This document shows positions 32,354 through 41,547 of a stretch of DNA of 43,985 nt, one piece after another. The stretch is taken from positions 1 to 43,985 of the IMG/VR virus record IMGVR_UViG_3300043406_000109; one strand, 5' to 3'. Below the pieces are notes generated by a model, which was not told the origin of the DNA, did not search any database, and saw only the letters and a program-made list of their open reading frames with translations. The DNA is from a virus. Made by a program: the position numbers and the translations under genes. How positions within the stretch are numbered: the first letter of the stretch is position 1; each line of letters begins with the position of its first letter.

Positions 32354-33984
32354 GCGACCAACCGATTGCTCCGGAACTGGCGTACCTCGAACCGCGGTTG
32401 TCGAACCGCTGGTGGCGGCTGAATAATCTTTACTGGATCCGTGACGCGCATGGCCACGTGATCAAGTTCCGCGCGAACTGGGCGCAACGCCTGTTCTACG
32501 CGTCGATGTGGTGGCTCAACGTCGTATTGAAGGTCCGGCAGATTGGGGTGTCGACGTTCATTGGCCTGATGCAGTTGGACCGGGCGTTGTTCAACAAGAC
32601 TCAGGCGTGCGGGATCATCGACCGCACGGACCCCGACGCGGTGAAAAAGCTCAAGAAAATCGAGTTCGCCTACGACAATCTCGACAACCCCGCGGATCCG
32701 CGCACGGCCGCGCTCGGACAGGCGATCAAGCAGGCCGTTACCAAGGTGAAATCGAACGACCATTTGTTGGAGTTCGGCAACGGTTCGCAAATCTGGTGCG
32801 GTGTCACGCTGCGCGGCGACACGATCAACTTCCTGCACGTGTCGGAACTCGGATGGATCGCGCACGAGGATCCACCGAAGGCGGAGGAAATCGCCGCCGG
32901 CTCGTTCAACACGGTCCACGCCGGGAATGTGATCGTGGTCGAAGCGACGCACGAGGGTGGCCGGTTCGGCCTGTTCTACGAACTTGTCCGGCTGGCACAG
33001 GCGTGCCCGGAACTGAAGTTCCGCACCATGCTGGACTGGCAGTTTCACTTTTTCGCATGGGTGTACGAACCATCGTACCAATTGCCGCTCGCCGGCCCGC
33101 TCAACCTCACCACGGACGAAGTGCGGTACTTCGATAACTTGGAGCATGTGACGGCCGTCACGCTCACGTCCGAACAAAAACATTGGTGGTCGAAAAAGTC
33201 GCGCATGCCGAAGATCGACATGGCCCGTCAGTACCCGGGCACGGTGGAGGAAGCGTTGACGGCACAGGTGGCCGGGGCGATCTATGGGAAAGAGTTCAAC
33301 GCGTTGCGCGCGGCCGGGCGGGTGCGCGACTTCGTGCCGGACGGATCCGCAGGGCTGTTCGCATTTTGGGATCTCGGCCAGTCGGATTATGTGGCGATCC
33401 ACTTCGTGCAGTTCGTCGGGTTGGACATTCTGTGGTGGGACTATCACACGGCACAGGGTGAGACGGTGGCGCAATCAATCGGGGCATGTCAGGAACGTGA
33501 GCGCATGTTTGGCCGTCCGATCCGCCAACACTTCGTGCCCCACGACGCCGGCAGCAAGAATCTCGAAGGCCGGACCTACCTGCAAGGCATGGCGGAATGC
33601 GGCGTGCGCAACGTGACGCGCGTCCCGATCACGCCCGACGTGTGGATCGGCATCAAACACCTCCGCACGCTCATTCCACGATCCTACTTTCACGCGACGA
33701 ACTGCGAGCGCGAGGTGGTCCTGCCGCGCGGTCGGCGCCTGCCGTCGTGTCTCGGGGCGCTGGAGGGGTATCATTCCAAACTGGAGGCGGTGGGCGGCCG
33801 GGTGATTGAGGCGCCGGTGCACGATCAATCCAGCCACGGCGCCGACGCCGCGCGCACGCTGGCCGAAGCGGACGAACGCGGCATGCTGGACGACTTCCGA
33901 ACCACGGCCGTGATGACCCCGGCCCGGGTCGTGCGGGTGATCACCGGCCACGGTAATACGCAGGTGATCACGGCCCGCCGGTGA
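32350..33984 (+). CDS. terL: Terminase large subunit (544 aa)
   Basis: ATG 32350 overlaps the upstream TGA. Walker A-like 'LKVRQIGVSTF', Walker B-like 'INFLHVSELG', C-terminal nuclease-type 'DxGxxDY' ('FWDLGQSDYVAI') and 'HDQSSHGADA'. Confidence 0.85.
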   Translation: MSDQPIAPELAYLEPRLSNRWWRLNNLYWIRDAHGHVIKFRANWAQRLFYASMWWLNVVLKVRQIGVSTFIGLMQLDRALFNKTQACGIIDRTDPDAVKKLKKIEFAYDNLDNPADPRTAALGQAIKQAVTKVKSNDHLLEFGNGSQIWCGVTLRGDTINFLHVSELGWIAHEDPPKAEEIAAGSFNTVHAGNVIVVEATHEGGRFGLFYELVRLAQACPELKFRTMLDWQFHFFAWVYEPSYQLPLAGPLNLTTDEVRYFDNLEHVTAVTLTSEQKHWWSKKSRMPKIDMARQYPGTVEEALTAQVAGAIYGKEFNALRAAGRVRDFVPDGSAGLFAFWDLGQSDYVAIHFVQFVGLDILWWDYHTAQGETVAQSIGACQERERMFGRPIRQHFVPHDAGSKNLEGRTYLQGMAECGVRNVTRVPITPDVWIGIKHLRTLIPRSYFHATNCEREVVLPRGRRLPSCLGALEGYHSKLEAVGGRVIEAPVHDQSSHGADAARTLAEADERGMLDDFRTTAVMTPARVVRVITGHGNTQVITARR

Positions 33985-34334
33985 ATGCGTTCGCGAAAGC
34001 ATTGCTGGTTTACTCGGCGGAGCCGTGCGCCCGGACGTTCGACGCCGATTTGCATGCCCACCTTTTGCACGGCGGGTTCGTGCTGTGCCGGCCGGACGTG
34101 TTCCTGATGGCCCGGCCGGTGGCACGCACCGCCGAACGGGCCGCAATCGTCAATCCGTTCGTCGTGTTCCCGCGCGCGCAATGCGATTGCTGGCACGTGT
34201 ACCTTGTCGCCGGCAGCGTGGGCGAGGCGTTGCGGTTCATGCCCCACCCGCTGGAGTGGGTGAGTTGGGAACGAGAAAACGTGTTGCGGTTTTACCGGCT
34301 GGAGTCCATCAGGCGAAGGATTCCAGTTCCCTAG
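33981..34334 (+). CDS. Hypothetical protein (117 aa, GTG start)
   Basis: GTG 33981 overlaps the terL TGA (GTGA). Confidence 0.55.
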   Translation: MNAFAKALLVYSAEPCARTFDADLHAHLLHGGFVLCRPDVFLMARPVARTAERAAIVNPFVVFPRAQCDCWHVYLVAGSVGEALRFMPHPLEWVSWERENVLRFYRLESIRRRIPVP

Positions 34335-34346
34335 GAGTTTCCCGCC

Positions 34347-34643
34347 ATGGCCATCGAACAAACCTTCATTCCGCGCCGCGGTACATCCCGGCGCTTTGCA
34401 CTGGCCCGCCGGTGTCACAAGGGCGGCGGCGGCGCCAAGGCCGCGATGCCACCCCCGCCGGCCCCCGTGGCCCCGGCCGCGTCGACGGACGCGGAAGTGC
34501 TGGACGCCGGCATGGCCGCCCGCCGCGCCGCGGCCAAACGCTACGGCCTGCGGAAGACCATCATGGCCGGCGAAACCGGTTCGATCGGCTACGGCGGCGG
34601 CAAACCCACAGGGCTGACACCGCGCACGGTGTTGGGCGGCTGA
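34347..34643 (+). CDS. Small basic Gly-rich protein upstream of the portal gene (98 aa)
   Basis: ATG 34347 is preceded by AGGAG (9-nt spacer), one of the few SD-like sites. Contains '...KRYGLRKTIMAGETG...'. Confidence 0.6.
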   Translation: MAIEQTFIPRRGTSRRFALARRCHKGGGGAKAAMPPPPAPVAPAASTDAEVLDAGMAARRAAAKRYGLRKTIMAGETGSIGYGGGKPTGLTPRTVLGG

Positions 34644-34644
34644 C

Positions 34645-36336
34645 ATGCCCGCGGATCCCAAGGCCATCCGACTGTTGGCCAGATACGACCGGCTCAAGGC
34701 GCAACGGACTGCGTTTTGGGACGTGCTGTGGCAGGCGATCGCGAATTACATGCTGCCGCGGAAGTCCGAAATCACCACGGACAAATCGCCGGGGGTGGAG
34801 GCGTACACCCTCGGGCTGTTCGACACCACGGCGATGGAGGCCAATCAGGTGTTGGCCGCCGGCATCGCCACCAACACCATGCCATCGACCGAACGGTGGT
34901 TCGCCTACGAGGCGCCCACGTCCGTGAAAAACCAGTGGGGCGATCTTGGCGCCGCGGCGGCGTGGTATCAGGATTCCTCGGACGTCATTGCGCGCCTGCT
35001 GGCCTCGTCAAATTTCTACCAGCAAACCCACGAGGTGCTGTTGGAGCGCAGTCCGTTCGGCACGGGCAACCTGTACTCGGAACCGGGCCGGGAAAACGCG
35101 TTCAATTTCAAGGCGATCCCGATTGGATCGTTCGTTTTCACGGAAGACGATCAGGGGAAACCCACGACGTGCATCCGCGCGTGGAAGTGGACCGTGGCAC
35201 AGGCCGCGGCGAAATGGGGCGAGGACAAACTTCCGCCCAAGTTGCGCTCGCAATACTCCAGTGGCCAAGCCAAGGACTTGGATTGCGAATACGAGTTCAT
35301 CCATGGCGTTTTCCCGCGTGAACACGCCGAACGCCAGCCGGGCGCCGAAAACCCCGCCAACAAGCCGTTCGCATCCCTGTGGGTGTGCCGCGAGGAAAGC
35401 CACCTGATCGACGAGGGCGGGTACGACGAGAATCCGTACGCGATCTCTCGTTTCCTATGCTGGCCGGGCGAGGTGTGGGGTTGGGGTCCGGGCATCGTGG
35501 CCCTTCCGACGACGCGGCAGGTGAATCACATCGAACGCCAGATGGACGCGCTCGCCGAAGTGAAGGCGTTTCCGCGCACGCTGATCCCGTCGAACCTCAA
35601 GGGCGCCGTGGATCTCCGCCCGGCCGGCGTCACGACGTGGGACGTGAACGTGCCGCAGGGAAAACCTGAGACATGGGCGGATCAAGGTGAGTACGACGTC
35701 GGCGAAGTGCGCACGCAGCGCAAGCAACAGGCGATCCGCAAGGCGTTTTTCAACGACCTGTTCGCCATGTTGCAGGGCATCGAACCCGGGAAGGCCACGT
35801 GGGGCGAAATCCAACTGCGCGTGCAGGAAAAGCTGGAGTTGTTCAATCCCACCTTCAACTCGTGGACCAACGAGTGTCTGTCCCCGACGTTGATCCGCTG
35901 TTTTTGGATGGCGTTCCGCCAAGGACTGTTACCGGACCCGCCGCCCGAGGTGATGATTGTCACGGGTAGCGAAGTTTCCGTGGCCGGGCCGGCGGTGTCG
36001 TACACCTCCAACATGGCGCTGGCGTTGAAACGCCTTCAGAACCGGTCGACCATCGACACGATGCAAACGCTCGCCCCGCTGGCGGAACTCCGTCCGGACA
36101 TTCTGGACGTGTTCAATCTCGACACCGTGGCCATCCGGATCGCGCGCAACAACGGCATGGCGCCGGGCGACATTCGCGAACCGGAGGAAGTGGCCGCGAT
36201 TCGCGAGCAACGCGCGCAGCAACAGGCCGCCGCGGAAAACATCGCCGCCGCTCAGGGTGTGGCCAAGGCCGGCGCCGATGCCGCCAAGGCCACGCCGGAA
36301 ATGCGCCGGCAGATGCAGGACGCAATCAACGTCTGA
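34645..36336 (+). CDS. Portal (T7-like head-to-tail connector) protein (563 aa)
   Basis: The size, the N-terminus 'RYDRLKAQRTAFWDVLWQAIANYMLPRKSE' and 'FDTTAMEANQVLAAGI' match my recollection of the podovirus Head-tail_con family. Position is after terL. Confidence 0.85.
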   Translation: MPADPKAIRLLARYDRLKAQRTAFWDVLWQAIANYMLPRKSEITTDKSPGVEAYTLGLFDTTAMEANQVLAAGIATNTMPSTERWFAYEAPTSVKNQWGDLGAAAAWYQDSSDVIARLLASSNFYQQTHEVLLERSPFGTGNLYSEPGRENAFNFKAIPIGSFVFTEDDQGKPTTCIRAWKWTVAQAAAKWGEDKLPPKLRSQYSSGQAKDLDCEYEFIHGVFPREHAERQPGAENPANKPFASLWVCREESHLIDEGGYDENPYAISRFLCWPGEVWGWGPGIVALPTTRQVNHIERQMDALAEVKAFPRTLIPSNLKGAVDLRPAGVTTWDVNVPQGKPETWADQGEYDVGEVRTQRKQQAIRKAFFNDLFAMLQGIEPGKATWGEIQLRVQEKLELFNPTFNSWTNECLSPTLIRCFWMAFRQGLLPDPPPEVMIVTGSEVSVAGPAVSYTSNMALALKRLQNRSTIDTMQTLAPLAELRPDILDVFNLDTVAIRIARNNGMAPGDIREPEEVAAIREQRAQQQAAAENIAAAQGVAKAGADAAKATPEMRRQMQDAINV

Positions 36337-36635
36337 TGCCGTTCCGCCCCGCAAGGTTTCTGCCGTCGCGCACCGAGCGCACGGCCCGCAAGCTCTACTC
36401 CGCCAAGGATGACGCGGACAAGCGGGAGTTTATCAAAACTCTGTTCAATCTCGCACCTTGCGTGCACGTCGGCGAGTTCGTCATGGTCGACGCGCGCGAG
36501 TTCCCGCGCATCGCGAAGTCCGTCGTGTTCCACGTGCCCACCGGGAAATTCCGCACGGACAACCGCACGCCGGACGTGATCGTGCCGTGGCTCACGACGA
36601 ACCTGCTGGCGTTGCAGGTGGCTTTCCGCAAATGA
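36336..36635 (+). CDS. Hypothetical protein (99 aa)
   Basis: ATG 36336 shares a base with the portal TGA (TGATG). Confidence 0.55.
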   Translation: MPFRPARFLPSRTERTARKLYSAKDDADKREFIKTLFNLAPCVHVGEFVMVDAREFPRIAKSVVFHVPTGKFRTDNRTPDVIVPWLTTNLLALQVAFRK

Positions 36636-36943
36636 GCGAACCCGCCAAGCTGTCCGAGGAACAGAAGCAGGCCCAACTCGCCGCCATGCGGATCGTGCGC
36701 GCATACCGCGCCGTGCTTGGCACCAACGGCATGCGATCGTCGGCGCAACTGATCGTGCTCGACGACATGAAAAAGCGTTTCGGCTATCTGGCGCCCGCTT
36801 TCCAGTTGAACGACCACGGCGACATGCCCGCGATGCCGGCCGCGTTCCGCGACGGCCGCCGGTCCGTCGTGGTCGATCTTTTTGAGATTTTGGACCCCGT
36901 GAGTGAAGATGATCAGACAACCCAACCCGAAGTCATAAAATGA
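36632..36943 (+). CDS. Hypothetical protein (103 aa)
   Basis: ATG 36632 (ATGA overlap), in frame with track ORF 36458-36943. Confidence 0.55.
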   Translation: MSEPAKLSEEQKQAQLAAMRIVRAYRAVLGTNGMRSSAQLIVLDDMKKRFGYLAPAFQLNDHGDMPAMPAAFRDGRRSVVVDLFEILDPVSEDDQTTQPEVIK

Positions 36944-37557
36944 CCACACCTGCCGAACCGAATCCGCCCAACAGCAAGCCGAAGCGCCTCCGTCCATCGC
37001 GCGCGAAACCCGCGCCCGTGAATCCGCCCGCGCCCGCCGTCACCGTACCCGCCGCACAGGCCGTCCAGTACTCGCGCGACACTGACGGAAACATTTTCCG
37101 CACCGAGGCGGAAGGATCCCCGCAACACCTCGCCACCATCGTGGACGGCATCGTGACGGTGTTGGCGGGCGCCGAAAAGTACGTGCCACGGATCGTGCGT
37201 TATCTCGACGACGTGGGTGAGGAGGTGCTGGACATGGTTTTTGCCCACGGCGCCGCGCCCGTGATCGCGGGCGTGACCGAGGGCGAGTCGATCCCGCCCG
37301 CACCGGCACAGACGATCCGGGACGGCGACAAGACGCCCGCTTTCGTGGAGTGGTTGAAAAAGTACCACCCGGACAAGTACGCGACAAAGTTCGGGATCAT
37401 CGGTCCGGGCACCGTCACGAAGTGGGCCGAATCGAAAGAGCCGATCACGGGCAAGCCGATCCGCACGCCGTACACCGAAACGGCCATCCTCTCCCACCGG
37501 AAGACGCACCTGACTGAGAAACCGGACGCCAGCACGGGAGGCGGCCAACCCGCATGA
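36940..37557 (+). CDS. Hypothetical protein (205 aa), Pro-rich N-terminus
   Basis: ATG 36940 (ATGA overlap). Confidence 0.6.
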   Translation: MTTPAEPNPPNSKPKRLRPSRAKPAPVNPPAPAVTVPAAQAVQYSRDTDGNIFRTEAEGSPQHLATIVDGIVTVLAGAEKYVPRIVRYLDDVGEEVLDMVFAHGAAPVIAGVTEGESIPPAPAQTIRDGDKTPAFVEWLKKYHPDKYATKFGIIGPGTVTKWAESKEPITGKPIRTPYTETAILSHRKTHLTEKPDASTGGGQPA

Positions 37558-38558
37558 TGCAGAGATTTTTTCCATTGATGGAAGCGGCCGGCGGCGGTGG
37601 ATCCGGTGGGGGCGGCGGTACCGGTACCGGCACGCTCATGTCCGGTGCGGCCGGCGGAGGCGCGGGCGGATCCGGGGGGGGCCAAGGCGGCGCCGGGGGA
37701 CAGGGCGGCGCGGGGGACGCCGGAACCTCTACGCCGTGGTTTCGCGGCCTCTACGACGAGGCCGGAAAACTGGACCACGGCGCGTTCGACCGCCTGCCCG
37801 AACACCTGAAACCGGCCGCGGATTCCTTCAAGAAGTACCCCACGATCGACGCATGGGCCGGGGCCTCGTGGCACGCCATGGGCCTTGTCGGCAAAAAAGG
37901 GTTGATGCCGCTCCCGGACAATCCGAGTCCGGAAATGGTGGCGGAGTTCAACACGCGGTTGCGCGAGGTGTTGAAAGTGCCGCCAGAGCCGAACGGCTAC
38001 GGCGTGAAGAAACCGGAGGGCGTGCCGGAAACGCTGTGGGATCAAGGATACGTGGACTCAGTGTTGAAGGTGTTGCACGAGCACAACGCCCCGCCGGGCC
38101 TCGTCAAAAAGCTGATGGAAGTCGACGCCGCGGCTACGCAGGCCCGCCTGCAAAAAGCGCAGACGGAGGAAACGGCGACGTACACGAGGGCCGTCGATGA
38201 ACTTAAAACCGAGTACGGCGCGGCCTTCGCGAAAAACGTCGCCGCGGCCACGGCGATGGCGACCAAAGTGGGACTGGATCCGAAAGATCCGGCCATCGGC
38301 AACAGCCCGAAGTTGATCCGCGCTTTCCACCGCATGGCCGTGCTGATGGGCGAGGATCGTTTGGCCGGGGCGGGCGAGGATGGCGCCGGTGGCACCGCGA
38401 CCACGCCGAAACAACAGGCGGACGATGTGGTGAACAACAAGGGCAACCCCGATCACGCGGCGTATTGGAACGGATCGGACCCACGCCACCGTCAGGTCAC
38501 GGAACGCGTCAAGGAACTGTTCCGACAGGCCACGGCGGCCGGCAAGGCGGGTGTCTGA
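37554..38558 (+). CDS. Scaffolding protein candidate (334 aa) with a Gly-rich N-terminal tract
   Basis: ATG 37554 (ATGA overlap). Helical and charged, located between the portal and capsid genes. Carries an about 45-aa Gly-rich low-complexity tract 'GGGGSGGGGGTGTG...GGQGGAGD'. Confidence 0.55.
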   Translation: MMQRFFPLMEAAGGGGSGGGGGTGTGTLMSGAAGGGAGGSGGGQGGAGGQGGAGDAGTSTPWFRGLYDEAGKLDHGAFDRLPEHLKPAADSFKKYPTIDAWAGASWHAMGLVGKKGLMPLPDNPSPEMVAEFNTRLREVLKVPPEPNGYGVKKPEGVPETLWDQGYVDSVLKVLHEHNAPPGLVKKLMEVDAAATQARLQKAQTEETATYTRAVDELKTEYGAAFAKNVAAATAMATKVGLDPKDPAIGNSPKLIRAFHRMAVLMGEDRLAGAGEDGAGGTATTPKQQADDVVNNKGNPDHAAYWNGSDPRHRQVTERVKELFRQATAAGKAGV

Positions 38559-38962
38559 TGCCGGCGCCGGAACACAACTCACCGATGGATCTCCGCGAAC
38601 GGGGGTTCGAGTTTCAGGGCGTGTGCACGGTGGGCATGGAAAAAGTGGAGTACGCGCGTTCTGAGGAGGAGGCGCGCAAACGGATCGTGCATACCCTGTC
38701 CGGTCGCGTGCTCATGCAGCGACAGGCGCCGTTTGTGGTCCGGTGGTACGAGTACTCGAATTGGTGGGATCACTTCCGGGGCACGTACTTTCCGGCGTGG
38801 GCCTTGGCCCGCTGGCCGGTGAAGAAACGCGAGCGGACGCGCGAACTGGACGTGAAGGTGCTTTACCCGGTGATCACGATCGTGAAACATCCCGGCCGCG
38901 TTCCCGGCGTGTGCACCGTGACGGTCGAAGACTGGCCCGTGTTCTCGACGCGAACGCCCTAG
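38558..38962 (+). CDS. Hypothetical Trp-rich protein (134 aa)
   Basis: ATG 38558 (TGATG overlap). It is the last gene before a strong terminator. Confidence 0.55.
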   Translation: MPAPEHNSPMDLRERGFEFQGVCTVGMEKVEYARSEEEARKRIVHTLSGRVLMQRQAPFVVRWYEYSNWWDHFRGTYFPAWALARWPVKKRERTRELDVKVLYPVITIVKHPGRVPGVCTVTVEDWPVFSTRTP

Positions 38963-38978
38963 GCGTTTCGATGGTTTC

Positions 38979-39011
38979 CCCCGGGGGTGTTGGCCGCCCC
39001 CGGGGTTTTTT
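38979..39011 (+). terminator. Strong rho-independent terminator
   Basis: 9-bp all-GC stem CCCCGGGGG (38979-38987) / CCCCCGGGG (38997-39005), 9-nt loop, then TTTTTT (39006-39011). Confidence 0.8.
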
Positions 39012-39019
39012 CTTGTGCC

Positions 39020-39039
39020 GTACTCGGGTACGATCGTAC
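39020..39039. repeat. 20-mer GTACTCGGGTACGATCGTAC, copy 2 (includes palindrome copy 3; intergenic, upstream of the capsid gene)
   Basis: Identical to 19719-19738. Starts 9 nt after the T tract of the 38979-39011 terminator. Confidence 0.9.
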
Positions 39040-39185
39040 ACCGGCCCAAGCACAGACACCCGGCGAGGTAGCAATCCCGGCCTGACCGCTCCACTCCAAG
39101 CGCACAGGCCCGGAAATCCGGACACCCTGAGACGCGAGGCCCATCCTCGGTTTCACCTTCAACGCCCCGCACGGGGTTTTGTCAC

Positions 39186-40097
39186 ATGCCCGGTCAAATT
39201 CTCACGGAGATTCCTGAGCACTACGTAACCCAGTTTTCCACCAACTGGGAGTTTTTGCTCCAGCAAAGCGATTCCCGGTTTCAGTCGCGCGTCCGCGTCG
39301 AAACCGTTTCCGGCAAGGAACGCCGGTTCTCACAGTTGGGCGCGGTCGGACCCATGCGCCTGATCACTACGCGCAACGGCCAAACGATCCCCGCAGATTC
39401 GCCGATGGCGAACCGGTGGGTGCGCCCGTCCGGATACGATTTCGTGACGTGGATCGACGAATGGGACCAAGAGGCCCTCGGCGAACTGCCCGATTCGCAA
39501 TCGGCCCACGTCAAGGCCCACGCCATGGCCGCGGATCGAAACATCGACGACGTGATCATTGAGGCGGCCGTGGGTACGGCCTACGTCGGCGAACAGGGGA
39601 CCACGGCCGTGGACCTTGGCAGCGGCCAGCAAGTCGCGGTCGGATACGTGGAAAGCGGGACCACGGCCAACAGCGGTTTGACGATCGCGAAACTCCGCCG
39701 CGCCAAGTACATCATGGACGTGGCCGAAGTGCCCGATGACAACCGATTCATCGCGGTGGGCGCCAAGCAGGTGCAAGACCTGTTGCGCACGACGGAGGTC
39801 ACTTCGTCCGATTACAACACCGTGAAGGCCCTCGTGGATGGAAACATCAACACGTTCCTCGGCTTCACGTTCGTTCGTTCGCAACGCCTGCCCCACGTGG
39901 TTGCCACCGATGTGCGCACCGTCGTGGCATGGCATCGTGACGGCGTGCTGCTCGGCCGCGGCCAAGGCCGCAAGGTCCGCATCGACATTCTGCCCACGCA
40001 GAACCACACCATCCAGATCCGGACCACGGAAGTGGTCGGGGGCACCCGGATGGAGGAAGAACGCGTAGTGGAAATCTTTTGCGACGAGTCGCCGTAA
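39186..40097 (+). CDS. Major capsid protein (303 aa)
   Basis: Position is after the scaffold candidate. The gene has its own terminator-bounded unit and a long leader. 'FSTNWEFLLQQSDSRFQSRV..VSGKERRFSQLG' resembles podovirus capsid N-termini (recollection). Confidence 0.8.
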   Translation: MPGQILTEIPEHYVTQFSTNWEFLLQQSDSRFQSRVRVETVSGKERRFSQLGAVGPMRLITTRNGQTIPADSPMANRWVRPSGYDFVTWIDEWDQEALGELPDSQSAHVKAHAMAADRNIDDVIIEAAVGTAYVGEQGTTAVDLGSGQQVAVGYVESGTTANSGLTIAKLRRAKYIMDVAEVPDDNRFIAVGAKQVQDLLRTTEVTSSDYNTVKALVDGNINTFLGFTFVRSQRLPHVVATDVRTVVAWHRDGVLLGRGQGRKVRIDILPTQNHTIQIRTTEVVGGTRMEEERVVEIFCDESP

Positions 40098-40134
40098 CCC
40101 GCGCCGGTCAACCCAGTAGGAAGAAAGCACTAAA

Positions 40135-40623
40135 ATGAGTGTTCGATTTGTTGACGATCTCCAGTTGTCCGGATCCCCCACGATTCAAGGCAACCGTTCC
40201 ATCGGCGAGCGCATCCCCGCGCAGACCGAACAAAACCGCGTTTCGTATGTGCGCAAAACGTACACGATGCTCGGCACCGAGGCCGCGGCCGACACGGTGA
40301 AAATCTGCCGCATGGCGGCCGGTTGCGTGATCCTGCCGCATGCCTCAATGGTCTCCTCGTCCGGGTGCGCCGCCACGCTCACGCTGGACGTGGGCGACGA
40401 TGACGTGGCGGGCGTCGGGGCGGCGGTCGATGCCGATCGCTACGCCGACGGCCTCAACGTGGCCGCGGCCGGTGAAGACCTGTTCAGCGCCAACGCGTGC
40501 GCCGCCCTGCGCACTCCGTACGTGCTTGGCGCCGACTCGTGGATCATCGGTTTGTTCGCCACGCTTTCGACGCCGACGGCGGCCGGGAAACTGCGTTTCC
40601 TGATCGCGTTTCTCGGCGCCTGA
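40135..40623 (+). CDS. Virion-associated hypothetical protein co-transcribed with the capsid gene (162 aa)
   Basis: ATG 40135 is preceded by GGAAGAAAG. Could be a decoration or minor capsid protein on positional grounds only. Confidence 0.6.
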   Translation: MSVRFVDDLQLSGSPTIQGNRSIGERIPAQTEQNRVSYVRKTYTMLGTEAAADTVKICRMAAGCVILPHASMVSSSGCAATLTLDVGDDDVAGVGAAVDADRYADGLNVAAAGEDLFSANACAALRTPYVLGADSWIIGLFATLSTPTAAGKLRFLIAFLGA

Positions 40624-40650
40624 GCGGCAGCGTTGGGTTTCTGATCATAC

Positions 40651-40686
40651 GGCCGCTCGGGTGTCACTCCCCGGGCGGCCTTTTTT
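40651..40686 (+). terminator. Strong rho-independent terminator
   Basis: 11-bp stem GGCCGCTCGGG (40651-40661) / CCCGGGCGGCC (40670-40680) with one G:U pair, 8-nt loop, then TTTTTT (40681-40686). Confidence 0.8.
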
Positions 40687-40692
40687 CTTTCC

Positions 40693-41337
40693 ATGGCCAT
40701 CACGAAACTGAAAACCATCAATGCCGCCCTCCACATGGTGGGCGAACCGTCGATCACCTCACTGGAGGCCACGTCCGCACGCGCGTTGGTCACGCTGGAG
40801 GAATGGGAGTTCGCGCTCGATCAACTCTTGCGCTCCGCGTTTTGGAACTTCGCCCGCAAGCGGACCACGCTCGTGGTCCAATCCCCGGCGCCGGACTTCG
40901 GGTGGGATTTCCGTTACGCCCTGCCCTCGGACTACGTGCAGATGTTCAAACTCAACGGGGAGGAACCCGGCGAGCCGGGCGAGTGGTGGGTGATTGAGTC
41001 CGGGTACCTGCTCACGGACGAAAGTGAGGCCAACGTCGAATACACCGCCCGTCCGGATGACGCCGCGACCCCCGTCACGGGCACCTTCACCACGGCGGAA
41101 CTACTCGCGCGCATGGATCCCAACGCCGTACAGGCCCTCGTGACCGGGCTCGCGGTCAAACTGGCCACGCCGTTGAACAAGGACGAGGCCGCGTTGATGT
41201 TCCAACTCGAACAACTTCACGCACGGCACCTGTCGGCCGCGATCACAGACAACGCCAACGAGGCCAAACGGCCGCGGCGGGATCCCGCGTTGGAATCCTC
41301 GTTTGTCGTGGCCCGCATGTGGGGCCGGCTGGGGTGA
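40693..41337 (+). CDS. Tail tubular protein A / adaptor-like protein (214 aa)
   Basis: 'KTINAALHMVGEPSITSLE....LEEWEFALDQLLRSAFWNFARKRTTL....FRYALPSDYV' matches my recollection of the gp11-like N-terminal pattern. It precedes the nozzle-related ORFs. Confidence 0.6.
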   Translation: MAITKLKTINAALHMVGEPSITSLEATSARALVTLEEWEFALDQLLRSAFWNFARKRTTLVVQSPAPDFGWDFRYALPSDYVQMFKLNGEEPGEPGEWWVIESGYLLTDESEANVEYTARPDDAATPVTGTFTTAELLARMDPNAVQALVTGLAVKLATPLNKDEAALMFQLEQLHARHLSAAITDNANEAKRPRRDPALESSFVVARMWGRLG

Positions 41338-41340
41338 ACG

Positions 41341-41547
41341 ATGGCGAAGCAGAAAACGGAGAGGGCGTGGCTGGCGTTCACGGCCGGGGAACTGTCGCCG
41401 TTGCTGGAGGGCCGCGCGGACGTCGACAAGATGGACCGGGCGGCGGCCACGCACGAAAACATGGTGCTTGAAACCACCGGGCGATCGCTCGCCCGCCCGG
41501 GATTGCAGTTCATCGCGCTGGCCAAGGAATCGGAGCCGGACCCCTGA
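41341..41547 (+). CDS. Stand-alone copy of the nozzle N-terminal module (68 aa)
   Basis: 'MAKQKTERAWLAFTAGELSPLLEGRADVDKMDRAAATHENMVLETTGRSLARPGLQFIA...' is 37/59 identical (ungapped) to the N-terminus of the next ORF. Its stop overlaps the next ATG (TGATG). Confidence 0.5.
   Translation: MAKQKTERAWLAFTAGELSPLLEGRADVDKMDRAAATHENMVLETTGRSLARPGLQFIALAKESEPDP

Noticed and set aside
40060-40138. T7-style -1 frameshift extension of the major capsid protein (10A/10B).
   Set aside because: There is no XXXYYYZ slippery heptamer near the stop. The -1 frame closes after about 14 codons (TGA 40136-40138), and the frame of the next gene has a TAG at 40117-40119.
41472-41547. -1 frameshift fusing the 68-aa N-module ORF to the 734-aa ORF; the -1 frame is open from 41472.
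   Set aside because: No slippery site was seen, and the product would carry two tandem copies of the same module. TGATG reinitiation is the simpler explanation. Left as a check under the split-nozzle finding.
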